Positions 1 to 13,003 of a stretch of DNA of 64,000 nt are shown piece by piece. A program made the position numbers and the translations under genes. Source of the stretch: Thalia democratica. Its lineage: Eukaryota. The DNA lies in the NCBI GenBank assembly GCA_965202585.1, contig OZ241828.1, positions 24,056,001-24,120,000 of the forward strand. The letters are read 5' to 3'. The notes under the pieces were generated by a model that did no database searches, was not told the DNA's origin, and saw nothing but the letters and a program-made list of their open reading frames with translations. How positions within the stretch are numbered: the first letter of the stretch is position 1; every line of letters begins with the position of its first letter.

Positions 1-1038
1 AATAAAATTTATCGTACGGTTCTTCATTAAACAAACTTAAAGTAATGATAAATTTAGACCTAATATTTGTTCAATATCTTATTGTAAGAGACAAATAGTT
101 TTCCGTAAAAATCGAAAAAAAAATTTAAATTAAAATAAATTTTAAAAAGTATTAGACAGGATGTATCTTTAAAATTTAGTTGTCTTAACTAATAAGATAC
201 AAATGACACTAAAAACCAAATCAAAAGCTTGTTTTTAAATATCTGTTATTGAAAAGTTCAAACTTATTTGTTTTGCACTAATAATTTTCAAATATCTAAA
301 CAGGTCGCTTTATTTATGTTATCAACTATAATGCAATTTAAAAAAATCTACATATTATATCTACAACATTAAATCATTAATGATATGTTCTAACTTATTA
401 AATATTATTTAAAATAATTTTATTCTCGAATTTACTTAAAATTACTAAAAAGCTTTCTTACTCCTTTTGAACTGGTACTCGAACAAAAAAAGACTAATAT
501 TAATGAAATATGATAATAAAGCTTATGCAAATGCAAATTAATTTGTTAAAATACAATATGAAAAAAATTTCAAGTTTAAGATAACTTTAAGTTTTTTTTT
601 AAACAAACATTTAGTTTTGAATTATTTACGTGTTTTTTATGTCTGGTAGTTTTTAGTCTTAAAAAACAATAAGCAAAACTGTACTTAAAATTTTTTTGCC
701 AACAAAATTAAATAATATTTCTTAACTAAGGCGTAGTTTTACCTAACAGGACATTTTAAAGTTATTAAGTTCATTTTTTAAATTATCACATAATATACTT
801 AAATTAAAAATAGTTTTTAGTTTTAAATTAGTTTATAATTTTCATAACTTTCATACAGCACAATAGTATCAAACATTTTAATTAATAGTTATTTGTATAT
901 TGAAATGTAATTGTTTCACTCATTTTTAGTTAAGGGTTTTTTTTATTAGAGAGCACGCTTGACTTTTTTAGTGAAATATTAACAGCTTGTAAAAATTAAA
1001 AATATTCAAAAAGAACATTTGTCGAATCAATAAAACAA

Positions 1039-1159
1039 TGACGTCATAATTCGAATTAACAAAAGCTTGCTCAAAGTTATACAATAAGTTGAAGCAAAGT
1101 TTATTATATAATTCCAGCTACTACATTTTAAAAATTTGTAGCTGTCTCTAGCAGACGCT
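1039..1159 (+). other. CRE-box/dyad motif-pair unit, family 1
   Basis: TGACGTCA at 1039; taacaaaagcttgc box; GTAGCTGTCT-ctagc-AGAC at 1138 (99 nt downstream). Confidence 0.85.
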
Positions 1160-2128
1160 TTATTGTTACCGTAAATTGGCATTTCATTAATAATTAATAT
1201 TTAAAACTAGCTTTATAAATATATGATTAAATTATTTTTCATCTGACAATGCTATTGAAATGAACCTAGCAATATTGACACCTTTAAAACTTAATACTCT
1301 TAACGAGCTAAGCTCATTTGACATAATCATTTAAATGAAACGTTATTCATATAACTCATTGGACTATATACCTTTCTTTATGAGATATAAGTTGATGCTT
1401 TTTCCTATGAATACCAAATGGTTGAATGATAATTAAATGATTGTGCAATAGTTCATAAGTTATGGTAAGATTTGAATTTAGTATAGACTTTTATCTGAAA
1501 TATATAATAAACTTTAACTTCAACGAGACTTTGCAAACTTCAGGAATCAAAATTATGTCTTTAATTATTTTTTATACAATGTTTTAATTTTTACTTGATT
1601 TACAAAAAAAAAACTAAGTTGTTTAACAAATTCGTAATACTGCTAGCGTAAAATAAACTATAAATGTATTGTTAGAAATTTAAAATAAATAACTTTTATT
1701 TTTGATTTCGTTAGTTTGGTAGATTTATAATTCATATAAGCATAATTTTAGAACATCGTTTAATGCCAAAATCAAAAACTAGAATTTTTTTTTTAACCTT
1801 AAAAATATATGATTTTCTATCATAAAGAGATTCTATGCACGTTTTAAATTGTATAATAGTATTTAATGATTGTCTTTAAAGTAAACAAAATACATAAATA
1901 CATTTATTTAAAGCATTAAGACTATAGAAAAAAAAATATTTAAAATCTAAGGTGATAGTTATTTTTTTTTTATCATTATTATGTTTATTTAAAAAATCTT
2001 ATTTGCTCACTCGACAAGACATAATATAACTTAAGTAAACTATTAGTATTAAGTGAATAATTAAAATGATTATTATAAACTATTTAAGTATGTCTTATTT
2101 TGTTGAAACTACCATTGAAAGCAAATTG

Positions 2129-2245
2129 TGACGCCGTAATAAAAGTACACAAAAACAAGCTAAAAATGTATTATAAAAAAAAGTATTATTATACTAGTGT
2201 CTTGAAGTTTCTATTGGAATTTTGTAGCTGTCTCTGGTAGACAGT
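2129..2245 (+). other. CRE-box/dyad motif-pair unit, family 1
   Basis: TGACGCCG at 2129; acaaaaacaagc box; GTAGCTGTCT-ctggt-AGACAGT at 2224 (95 nt). Confidence 0.85.
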
Positions 2246-3330
2246 AAAAAAGTTACTTTTTAAATTTGCATTATATATAAGAGTTTTGAATTGAAATATT
2301 TTAAAATATTTTTTGTGTATATAAACCAAGTCTGTTTGTTAACAGTTTACTAATTTATTTTTAGAATTTAAAAGCAATAAAAGCCTAGAACCTTTAAAAG
2401 TACATTTAAAACTATAAATGAAAGTATTGATACATTAACCTCTGACTTAAAATTTTAAATTAAGAAAAATAGCTTAAATTTGTAATATACATGAATTTTC
2501 TAGTGAGTTTTTATTTGTTTAGATTTGATCTGTTGTAAGTAAACATCAACTTAGGTATTCCTGAAAATTTGTTTTGTTCGATTAATGTTTCAATTTTGAT
2601 AAGTTTTAATTTTAGTTTGTTTAGCACTGTAGTGTTTAAACTTTCTTTTTATTGTAAAAAGTAAAACAAAATAAGTAATCAATAAGTTTAGTAAAGTTGA
2701 TAAAAAGTTTGTTTAAAATAATTTTACATAAAATCATAACTTAAAACAATAAAAACACTATTAGGTAATATTTAACTATCTGTCTGTGAATGTCTTATCT
2801 AAAACTGTTTGCATTTGTTTAGTAATTTCTAATATGAAAATGCAAAATATTAATGAAAAAAAATTAATTAGTTTTAGTTATACTGTTTACATACTTATTT
2901 AATTTTTAGCTTCTATCCAGTTTATTATTAATTATTTGCTTTATTGTTTGTCTTCATCTGTTAAGTAATTTTGTTTTTATGTTGAAGCAATTTGTATCTG
3001 ATTCGAGTATTAGTTACGCTTTTTTAAGTAAAACAAGTGTATTTTCTTTTTTTAATTTTCAACAATAAGTGGTATTTTGCTTTTTTTTTTTAATTATTTT
3101 ATTATTAAAGAATTTATAGCTTTAAAGTTAAATTACAAATTGTTCTAAACTTACTTAAGTGTTTCGATAAATTCAAAAAAAAAAAATCCATCTTACTTTA
3201 CTATTACTTGATTGTTTATTGAAGTATTTAGTTTAATGTTTCTTAACTAATAAATATATTTATTCAAGTGTTGTTTTTAATTAACGTTCTAGAATGTAGC
3301 TACTAATTTCTTTATTGAAACAAACATATG

Positions 3331-3448
3331 TGACGTTACATTTTAAAGTAACAAAAGCTAGCGTAAAAATACAAAATAAATTAAAAAAGGATTAAGCAAG
3401 TTTATATGAATTATGTTTCAAAGTTTATAGCTGTCTTCAGCAAACAGT
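3331..3448 (+). other. CRE-box/dyad motif-pair unit, family 1
   Basis: TGACGTTA at 3331; aacaaaagctagc box; ATAGCTGTCT-tcagc-AAACAGT at 3427 (96 nt). Confidence 0.85.
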
Positions 3449-4602
3449 AAAGTAATTGTTGAACGAGTTAGCTGGTATATAATGATTGTGTTTTTAAATG
3501 ACGATAATACTTTTCGTTTAGTTTTAGATGTGATAAAACGACATATTAGTTGTTTCTAACTTGAAGTATTTATTTGAATTTAAGTAGCTATTTTAACCGC
3601 TTGCAATGTTCTTGAACTAAAATAAGCAAAATAACAGATGGTACATCAGTTATTTAATGAAATTAACAAAAAATCAGCCTAATATTTCCTTCTATATAAG
3701 ATAAGTAGCGCTATGGAGGTTTGTGTCTATGTTAAATTAATTTATATTTAATTTTAGAGTTTTTTTTTTGTTGAGCTATATTATTTGTTCTTCAAATCAG
3801 TTAATAACATTGTGATGTTAGATTAATTATCGAACTTTTTGATAATTAAGTGGTGTAATGATATTAATATTTAATTTTCTTATTTTTAAGCGTGTGAATA
3901 AATACAGAATTTTGTGTAACAAAAATAATAATGAAAAGCTTTCTCAAAACAATTATACCAATTCCCAAAACAACTCAAGGGAGTTAATTTCATTCCGACG
4001 CGTATATATTTGCGCTTGTCTTTCAAATACGCGTTAGTTGCTTATTTAGTTGCTTACTTCTTCCGCGTTACGATCAAGTTACGATTAAGTTCAACGTTTT
4101 CTTAACAAGTTTTTTAGAAAACGTCTACATCGCAGAGTTAATGTTAGTATTTTATATAACTATACGATTGTTAATACTTTTTATACATTTTATTTTTGTC
4201 GTGATTTAATAGTTTCTTTTTTCAGAATTAAGAATTAATTTTTTTTTTATTCTTTAGATTTATCTATTAGGATATATTCGAAAGATTGTGTGCTACTGAT
4301 ACTTTTAGAATTATTATCAAATACTATTGTTTGTTTAGTTTAATGTTTTACTCAAAAATAAGTAGAATATTTTGGTTAAATAAAACAGAAACCGGCAGGC
4401 AGTTGATAATTAGCAAAAAATTGGAAATCGAAATGTTCGTGTAACTATTAATATTTAATTATAACATATTATATCTAGTGCAAGTTTATAATTTTTACCA
4501 GATTCTACCTAAAACTTATTTTTACTCTTCATTTAAAATTTCAGAATAACTAACTAAAAATTTCAAATTTTTTATGTTCAGGAATCTTCCTAATTGACTA
4601 CC

Positions 4603-4617
4603 GTTTGCCAACCCCTG
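4603..4617 (-). mobile_element. hAT-like terminal remnant (CAGGGGTTGGCAAAC)
   Basis: Minus strand reads CAGGGGTTGGCAAAC, resembling hAT/Charlie-type termini. Related ends occur at 21169-21183 and 63098-63113, all followed by a similar flank (caNtaaaa...cagctaa). No partner TIR was found. Confidence 0.4.
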
Positions 4618-5687
4618 CATTAAAAAATACGGAAAAAGTATATTTTATATAGTTTAGAAATTTACAGCTAATTCCTTACATTAAATATAAGCTTTTTCCT
4701 TTCATAAAAAAATCTTTTAATATTAAGTATTGCTAGATTTTCATCAATTTGATAATACAGCAAAAAGTGAACGAAAGCAAAGAGTTTTGTCACAATTAAG
4801 GGTTGTGAGTTTATAATTTTCTTACATAATTCTATTTTGTCATTAAAGGATTGACGAATTATTTTAATTAAGCAACTGGCATCTAGTGACATTTGAATTT
4901 TGTAAAATAGTATTAATTAAGATATAGAAATAAAACTATATATTTATAAATTATCAAAAATAGCTTAAAAATATATTATAAAGTTAAGAAGCATTCTATA
5001 GTTTTCTGCCCGACTGACTCTACAAGTTTGTAGCTGCAGCAGATATTGAATTAGACTTCTGAAAATTCTATCCGTAAACTTTTATTTATTGTTACTTTAA
5101 AATAACTTTCGTAATTATAAGATCAAATTAATCAATAACGATAGAATGGCTAGTTACAACGTCGTTTATGATTACTATATCTAGCAAAACAAAGGAAGTA
5201 ACTTTACATCAATATTTTAGCTTTTCAGTTTATCGTTCTTACGAAACGTTTCTACTCAGTTGTTTGTAATATGTTGGTAATATGAACCCTATGTAGTAAA
5301 TATAACACAATATTTATATAAAATTAAAACTTCTCTACACTAATTTTAACTGCAATTGCTATTATTTTTTAATTAAGTTATAAATAAATTTGTTTAGTTT
5401 TTTTTTTTTATAATAAGGCTTACTTCAAAATTAAAAACATAAGTTATATATCACTTTAAAAGAGTATGATTGACATACTTAAACTTTTATTTTCTTAGCT
5501 AAGCAGGCTGTAAAAACCTAGGAAGAATCATTTTACAACGTCTTTAATACAAGTAATTCTTTCTTTTTTGAAACTTAGTCATTGAGTTTAAGAAATCTTA
5601 AAAGAATTGTGCTTAATTTGTACTTGTTTCGTTTTCATTAAAGATAGATAAATAAAAAAAAAAATATTAAATAATACCTAAGAAAAG

Positions 5688-5725
5688 TGACGTCGTAAAA
5701 TTCAAACTACCAAAAACTATTTTAA
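5688..5725 (+). other. Family-1 unit head only (CRE-like box plus A-rich box, no dyad)
   Basis: TGACGTCG at 5688 followed by accaaaaactat. The 27-bp minisatellite starts where the dyad is expected. Confidence 0.55.
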
Positions 5726-5776
5726 AACTATTTATTAAAAAGAATAACCATTTTTCATTGGTATTATCAATTAATG

Positions 5777-8562
5777 GTATGCATGAAACTCAACCAACAA
5801 GTAGTATGCAAGAAATTCAACCAATAAGTGGTATTCATGGAGCTCAACCAACAACTGGTATGCAAGAGATTCAACCAAAAAGTGGTATGCAAGAAATTCA
5901 ACCAACAAGTAGTATGCAAGGAACTCAACCAACAATTGGTATGCAAGAAGTTCAACCAACTAGTGTTATGCAAGAAGTTCAACCAGCAAGTGGTATGCAA
6001 AGAACCTAACTAATAAGTGATATGCAAGGAATAAAACCAATAAGATGTATGCTAGGATTTAAACAACAAGTGGTATGCAAAGATTCAACCAACAAGTAGT
6101 AGGCAAAAATTAAGCCAAAAATAAGTATGCAGAGATTAAATCCTTAAGTGTTATGCATTCAAATAAACCCAAAAGTGGTTTGCAAGGAAATCAACCAACA
6201 TGTGGTATGCAATGAACTCAAATAACAAGTGGTATGTAAGGAATTCAACCCACAAGTGGTGTGGAAGGAATTCAATGAAAAAGTGGTATGCATAGAATTC
6301 AATCAACAGGTGCCATGCAAGGGATTCAATTCACAAATAGTATGCAAAAATTAAATCAACAAGTGGTAGGCAAGAAATTCAACCAACAAGTGGTATGCAA
6401 GGAATGAAATTAACAAGTGATATGTAAGGTTTTTAATCAACAAATGGTATGCAAAGAATTCAATTAACAAGAAGTATGCAAGTAAATCAATACATAATTG
6501 ATATGCAATCGACAAGTGGTATGCAATAAATAAATTTAAAACAAGTGGTATGCGAAAAATTCAATTAAAAAGTGGGATACAAGAAATTAAACCTACAAAT
6601 AGTTTGAAACGAATGCAACCAACAAGTGTTATGCAAATAATTTTACCAACAAGTGGTATGCAAGTAATTCATTAAAAGTGTGGTATGCATTGTAAAACCA
6701 ACGAGTAGTATGCAAGTAACTAAAAAACGAGTGGTATGCAAGAATTAAACAAACAAGTGACGCGACAAAGAATTAAACCAACAAGTAGTATGCAACAAAT
6801 TCAACTAACAAGTGGTATGCAAGGAAATCAATTTACAAATGGTATGCAAGGAAATCAATTTACAAATGGTATGCAAGGACTTCAATCAACAAATCGTATG
6901 ATAGAAATTTAACCAAGAATGGTATACAAGTAATTTAAACAACAAGTGTTATGCAAGGAATTCAATCAACTAGTAGTATGCAAAGAATTCATCAAAATAG
7001 TTGTATGCAAGTGATTAAACCAACTAGTGGTATGTAAAAAATTCAATCAACAAGTGGTACGCATGAAACTCTAACTACAAATGGTTTGCAAAGAACCAAA
7101 CGAACAAGTGGTATGTAAGAAAATCAACAAACAAGTGGTATGCAAGAATTCAAACGAACAAGTGGTATGCAAGTAACTTAAACAACAATTTGTAAGCAAA
7201 AAAATAAATCCGCAATAAGTATGCAAGAAATTCAACCAATAAGTAGTATATAAGCATTAAATTAACAACTGGCATGCAAAGAATTTAATCAACAAATGGT
7301 ATGTAAGAAATTGAATCAAAAATTTGCATGCAAGTAACTCAAACAATAACAGGTATGCAAGCTCTTTAATCAACATATATTATAATTAAGAATTTAAACC
7401 ACAAGAAGTATGCAATGAAATTAATCAATAAGTGGTATGCAAGTAACTAAACAAACAAATGGTATGCTAGAAATTCAACCAACAAGTGGTATACAAGTTA
7501 CTGAAACAACAAGTTGTTTGCAAGGAATTCAACCAACAAGTGGTGTGCAAGAAAATCAATGCACAAGTAGTATGCAAAGAACTTAATTTATGAGTGATAT
7601 GTAGGAAATTAAAGAAATTCAATCAACAAGTGGTATGCAAAAAAAAAATAAAGATGTGGTATGCAAGAAATTCAACCAACAAGTTGTATGCAAGTATTTA
7701 AATTAATAAGAGATATGTAAGAAATTCAAGAAATTCGATCAATAAGGGGTATGCAAAAAAAAAATTTAAAAGTGGTAGGCAAGATATAACAACAACAAGT
7801 GGTATGCAAGAAATTCAATTAAAAAGTTGTATGCAAGAAATTCAACCTACAAATAGTTTGAAAAAAATGCAACCAACAAGTGATATGCAATGAATTTAAC
7901 CAACAAGTGTCATGCAAGGAATTTATTCAAAGTGTGGTATGCATTGTAAAACAAACGAGTAGTATGTAAGGAATTCAATACACAAGTGGTATAAAAGGTA
8001 ATCAACAAACAAGTTGTATGCAAGGAATTCAAATGAACAAGTTGTATGCATGAAACTCAAACAACAATTTGTAAGCAAAAAATGAAATCCGCAATAGGAA
8101 TGCTAAAAATTTAACCGACAAGTAGTATAAAAGAATTAAACCAACAAATGACATGCAAAGAATTAAACCAACAAGTGGTATGCAAGGAATTCAAATAACA
8201 AGTGGTATGCAAGGAATTCAAATAACAAGTGGTATGCAAGTATTTCAATGAATAAATGGTATGCAGGAAATTCAACCTACAAATAGTTTGAAAGAAATGC
8301 AACCAACAAGTGATATGCAAAAAATTAAACCAACAAGTGCCATGCCTTTACTTCAACTAAAAATAGGTTTACATGGAGGTCAACCTACAAGTGGTACACA
8401 AGGAATGAAATCAACAAGTGGTATGCAAGAAAATTAATCCACAAGTGGTATAAAAGAATTCAACCAACAAGAGGTACACAAGGAATAAAATCAACAAGTG
8501 GTATGGCTAAAGCTCAATCAACAAGTTTCATTCAAGGAATTCAGTCAACAAGTGGTATGCAT
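5777..8562 (+). repeat. 27-bp minisatellite, about 100 copies, consensus CAACCAACAAGTGGTATGCAAGAAATT
   Basis: Period read directly. The first ~8 units stay in frame as a 9-aa repeat (QPTSGMQEI; ORF 5758-6009), and later units carry many stops and indels. Confidence 0.95.
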
Positions 8563-8797
8563 GGATATTATTTTAATAAACAGCTATTTTTTTAACTTTA
8601 AATTATAACCTTTTAATTATATCTATGTCACCTTTTTTATTTATATTGACTTAAAGCTACCTACGAGGCTACAGTTAAACTTAAAAAAGTTCAATACCAG
8701 CCTGTTGCTATTTATTTTCATATACAATTTTTATTTTTTTTAAACTACCATGAATACTATAAACTAACGTAAACTTAAATTTATATTCATATCTATT

Positions 8798-8892
8798 AGT
8801 ATTCAAGTAGCTTAAAGAGCATTAAACTTATTCAAAATAACTAAAAAAAGTACACAGTGTATAGCCAATGTTGGTAGCTCATTGTGTAGCTT
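8798..8892 (+). repeat. Dispersed ~90-bp repeat, copy 1
   Basis: gtagcttaaagagc...caaaataactaaaaaaagtacacag...tagctcattgtgtagcttgag matches 11443-11531. Confidence 0.7.
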
Positions 8893-9457
8893 GAGACACT
8901 GCTAGTGTATAAAAAAATGCGTTTAAAAAGTATTTCTAATTAAAGTACTAAAGGTAGCATAATTTTGCACTTTCATTGATATACAGTAACATTTAATAAG
9001 TAAATATTGCTATTGGTAGATTAAAAGAAAATTTATAAAATAAACTTAAATACAATTAGTTATTGTAAGTACTCATAAAAAAAAAACAAGGTTCAATTAT
9101 TTGTTTTAAATAAGTGCATGTAAATTTAAAATTTTACTTCTAAACTTCCGACAACTTAAACTAATATAATTATGATTCAGTAATTATTATACCGTAAAAA
9201 AAAGCTTGAAAAATAAAGATCTTGCCATCATAATTAAATAAATCAACATAAAAAAATTTGTAATTATTTTAATTGAATTTTTATATATGGCTATGAGAAA
9301 GTTTAAAATTTTTGGAAATTATACTACTTTCAATTAATTTTAGTTGTATTTTTTTTTTAATCTCGGTATCTCGATATTTTTAATCTTGGATATAAATATT
9401 TTCTTATCCAGAATTCTACTACTAAGTTTAGTAAAATACTTGAGGTATATATAAATT

Positions 9458-9584
9458 AGGCATTTTGCCATGCCTTTAAAAATTAATTAGATTTTGAGAG
9501 AAGCAAACTAGGGGTTTTAGAAATTTTTAAAATTTAAACAAGAATCTTTTTCTATTTATTGTGTGCGAAAAGCGAATGACGTCA
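9458..9584 (-). other. CRE-box/dyad motif-pair unit, family 3
   Basis: TGACGTCA at 9577-9584; minus-strand cacaataaatag box; perfect stem AGGCAT-N6-ATGCCT at 9458-9475 (109 nt). Confidence 0.8.
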
Positions 9585-10647
9585 CTAAGTGTCACATTCT
9601 AATTATAAATGCAATAATTTTAAATTTTACCTCTAGAAATGCACGTTTTTTAGTAGAAGCTGTAAAATCTACGCGCTTCTTATTTAATTAAACTAAACTT
9701 TGTTATAAAGTTTTGACTAATATATTTTTTTTTGTATAATGTGAATATAGGTAGAATAGAAGTTAAGATTGTTTAAATGTACTACTGTATTGCAATGAAA
9801 CATTTTATTTGCAGTTTCAATAAAACGACGTTTTATAGCATTTCTGATCACAAATAATGTTGTTTTAGTTTGTATCGTAAAGAACTATGTTTAATTAAAA
9901 GTGTATCTAATAATAAATCCGTGTTTTTTTAAATTCTACTTTATTAAACCTTGACTTTTTTCAACGTAAATAACATAAAATTAGATATTTGGATTTAATT
10001 ACTTTAATAATTATTCGAAACTACATATTTCTTTTTTTTTTTACTACATTCCAACGTTGTAAAAAAAATTAAAATTTTAAAAAACCCAGTTTAAAGAAGT
10101 TTGTTAATAAAAAATATTTAAAACTTTTTTTAAAATAAGTTAATTCAATATAAAATAAGATAAAATATATCATAAACAAATTAATGTTGTAGATATAGCG
10201 AGTGGAATTTTTTAATACTGCGTTATAGAATTTTTTAATACTGCGTTATAGTTAATTACAATTATAAAGCGAGGTGTAGAGATAATTAAAAACAATTGGT
10301 GCAAAATATATTAGTTTAATCTATTTAATGACAGATATTTAAACGTTTAAGTTTTGAGTTCGTTGTTAGTGTCAATAATATCTTTAAGACAGCTCCACAC
10401 TGAAGATACATCTAGTCAAATAAATTTTGGAAATTTATTTTATTTTAGAAAAAAAAAAACCTTTAAATTTTTACGGAAGCAATTAAACACTAATAATAAG
10501 ATGTTTAACAAATATTAAATTAAAGTTATATAACACTTTAAATTTGTTTAATGAACGACCGTACGACTACTTTTTCTTTATTTTAAAACAAATACCTATA
10601 GTTTGAACACCATTACATAGATAAAACATTACATCAGTAACTAAATT

Positions 10648-10783
10648 GCTATCTACTAGAGACAATTAAAAACTTAAAATATTTTTTGTTCTAAATAAGC
10701 TAAACTAATAATTCTTGTTTAAGCAAAACATTTAACTAAACAAACAAAAGTATTTGATAGTTATTCTAAAACTAACAACATCA
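10648..10783 (-). other. Degenerate family-1 unit
   Basis: Minus strand reads TGATGTTG, then TTAATTGTCT-ctagt-AGAGATAG about 112 nt later. Confidence 0.5.
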
Positions 10784-11442
10784 CACTATATTTTAAAATA
10801 TCCTAATAGATAAGTCTAAGCTTCGAACATGAACATTTAATGTATGATATTGGTGTTTAACGTTTTTTATTACAATTTGGCTGTTTTTATAGGTATGATA
10901 AACTTACATCATAATAAATTACAAATAGTTTTGATTGAGTCTTGTTGTAATCCACAGGGATATTCCATAATTATTACTGAGTCATCAATAAAAAAAAATC
11001 ATATTTTTTTTTAGTTATGAAAAATTGATTTTTGATAAATTTTTAACATGTTTGGGTGAGGTGAGTTAGTGATAAGGGTATATTAAAAATGAAGAAATTT
11101 AAATGATTTTGTTGACTTAGCTAATATTAGAGAAAACACATTTAAATCATAATCGGACCCATTTCGAATAGTCGTAATATTACTTATATAAAAGTAATTT
11201 TACAGAATATTAAATACTAGTATTCAAGTTTAATTTGCTACTGTTAATTTTCTTTAGTATAATATTTCTTTTTTGATCATCATTGCATTATTAGTTAAAA
11301 ATTTATAAGCCACATAGCTACAATTGAATTTGATCATGAAAGAAAATTTTATACCGGCCTTTTCGAATTCGGACATAATTTTCATAAAATTTTCTATACA
11401 TGCTTTTATAAACGTACATTTATTTTGATATTTATAATTTAA

Positions 11443-11531
11443 AGTATTTTTGTAGCTTTAAAAGCGTCCAAAATAACTAAAAAAGTACACAGCATACAGT
11501 CGATGTTAATAGCTTATTCTGTAGCTTGAGC
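11443..11531 (+). repeat. Dispersed ~90-bp repeat, copy 2
   Basis: Matches 8798-8892. Confidence 0.7.
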
Positions 11532-12004
11532 AGAATTTAAGCTATTTATTTGTTTATTCCCAGTTATCTGAAATCCTTTTTTGTGTTATTATTTTTTTTT
11601 CTTTGTTTTTAAAATGCTAGGGTAAAATTCAATTTCCATCCGACGGAAAGAAGAAGTTGGGTGAGGGTTCTCTTACAAAATAGCGGGAAGAGAAAGTGTT
11701 ACGCTACTCCAAGTTTCACTTGCAAACCGTTTTGTTTTTATGAAAAAATTAAGAGTTATTGCTTTTAAAATTCTTGCCCCGGCAAAGTAACATGAAACAA
11801 AAAAGTGAGAAAGAGAGTAAAGAGAATGAGAGCGCATTTCTCATTTATAGCGTACAATCAAAACTGCATGATGCAACAATTCATTTAATGTTTTTTGTCA
11901 AAAACTGGTACAAAATCTTTTCGTTATGCTCCAGAACAGTTTACCGTCATGCCCAGAAACAATCTAAAGAAGTTTCAAACTGATAAAAAAATTGTTAAAA
12001 TATT

Positions 12005-12300
12005 TTACCGAGATAAGTTAATATGCGTTATAAAATATTTATCGTAACAAACTGAACTACACTACTTGCAATATCAACTAAAATGCACTTAAAAACGATT
12101 CGCATTGTAAATGTTTTACTGACGTCACAATTTTTACCAAAATTTTATTTACAAAAGTAAATAAATGCAATTACAGAAATATATACAAACTATTGAAATT
12201 TTTATAATTTTTTAAAACTAATTCTCAAAATAATTAACTCCTCTTATTTGAAAAATAATATATTCTACCGTGTTTTAACAATTGAAAAAAGTCTACGTTA
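12005..12300 (+). repeat. Isolated, diverged family-2 monomer head
   Basis: accgagataagttaa...atgcgtt...cgcattgtaaatgttttacTGACGTCA (12120) matches 25327-25461 and 27368-27502; the hairpin is degenerate. Confidence 0.8.
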
Positions 12301-12538
12301 ATACTATTATAACTGCTAAAGGTATGTTATTTATACAGAAATTTGCTAGGTATTTTAAATAAAAACTGTAAATTTTTAATTTATTTCACGAGTAACAATC
12401 AAAATTCCTAAAATCTCATTCATTGTATAAAACATAAAAATTATAAAAACGATGAACCGTCGCGATGTAGACAGTAATATGAAGAGGCTATATGGAAGAG
12501 TTTCTGAGAAAACACAAAGTATATAAATATATGAGTAG

Positions 12539-12660
12539 CAATCAGCTTCCACGAATAAAAGTCTCTAACCGATTGTACAACTATCGGGATTTGAACTCGC
12601 AACACTCTCGTTCATCGCGGTCAGCAGCCAGCGTCTAAACACCTCAGCCAATCAGCTTCG
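12539..12660 (-). mobile_element. tRNA-derived SINE head or pseudo-tRNA (class II, Ser/Leu-like)
   Basis: Minus strand has A-box-like TGGCTGAGGTG, loop CTGCTGA (GCT anticodon position), a long variable region and B-box GAGTTCAAATCCC. No acceptor stem. An 11-bp direct repeat caatcagcttc occurs at 12539 and 12649. Confidence 0.7.
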
Positions 12661-13003
12661 CAATAACTTAAGTTTTTACCGTTTTAAAATGTATATTTTA
12701 TCTTTTTCTCTCGTTAAAAAGACTCTCAGCTCGATTTTGAAATAAAATCTCGTCTAAACATTATATGTATATAATTTGAGTTTGGAATCGTTTTTGTTTC
12801 GTTAGCTTAGTAAAAGTTGTTTTGATTTAAAAACTACATATGTTTTTTTTACTACTGATTATTTACAGAAAGACTTTAAAAAAAAATCAAATAAATAAAG
12901 TTAAATTTATAAAAGGTAAATTATAAAAAAATAGATTGTTTCGCTATTACTTTCTACAACAATCAATTTTTAAAATTGTATATACTTACTTTATTAGGAG
13001 CCT

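Noticed and set aside
1138-1159. Family-1 dyad resembles, from memory, the anticodon 3' strand plus variable arm of vertebrate tRNA-Sec (TGTAGCTGTC-TAGC-GACAG)
   Set aside because: No unit has a D-arm, a conserved TCA anticodon loop, a GTTCRA T-loop or an acceptor stem. The resemblance is about 20 nt and probably coincidental; a tRNAscan-SE/Secmarker run would settle it.
2224-2250. Family-1 dyad read as a micro-exon (tttgtAG-16 nt-GTaaa) or an SL-RNA splice donor
   Set aside because: Sixteen nt is not frame-preserving, AG is replaced by AA in several otherwise good units, units lie on both strands, no conserved Sm site follows, and the dyad symmetry already explains the GT.
4668-4892. Short AT-rich ORFs in the track (e.g. 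4668-4892, 11759-11983, 17934-18128, 20125-20540, 35306-35530, 40676-40882, 43827-44072, 63163-63366)
   Set aside because: They are 60-81 aa, F/L/I/K/N-biased as expected by chance at this base composition, lack recognisable motifs, and several start at non-ATG codons or lie in repeats.
5767-6013. Overlapping ORFs 5767-6000, 5771-5959, 5828-6013 and 8111-8320
   Set aside because: They are by-products of the 27-bp repeat being open in several frames.
10205-10250. Perfect 23-bp tandem duplication gaattttttaatactgcgttata
   Set aside because: It is an ordinary local slippage duplication with no further structure.
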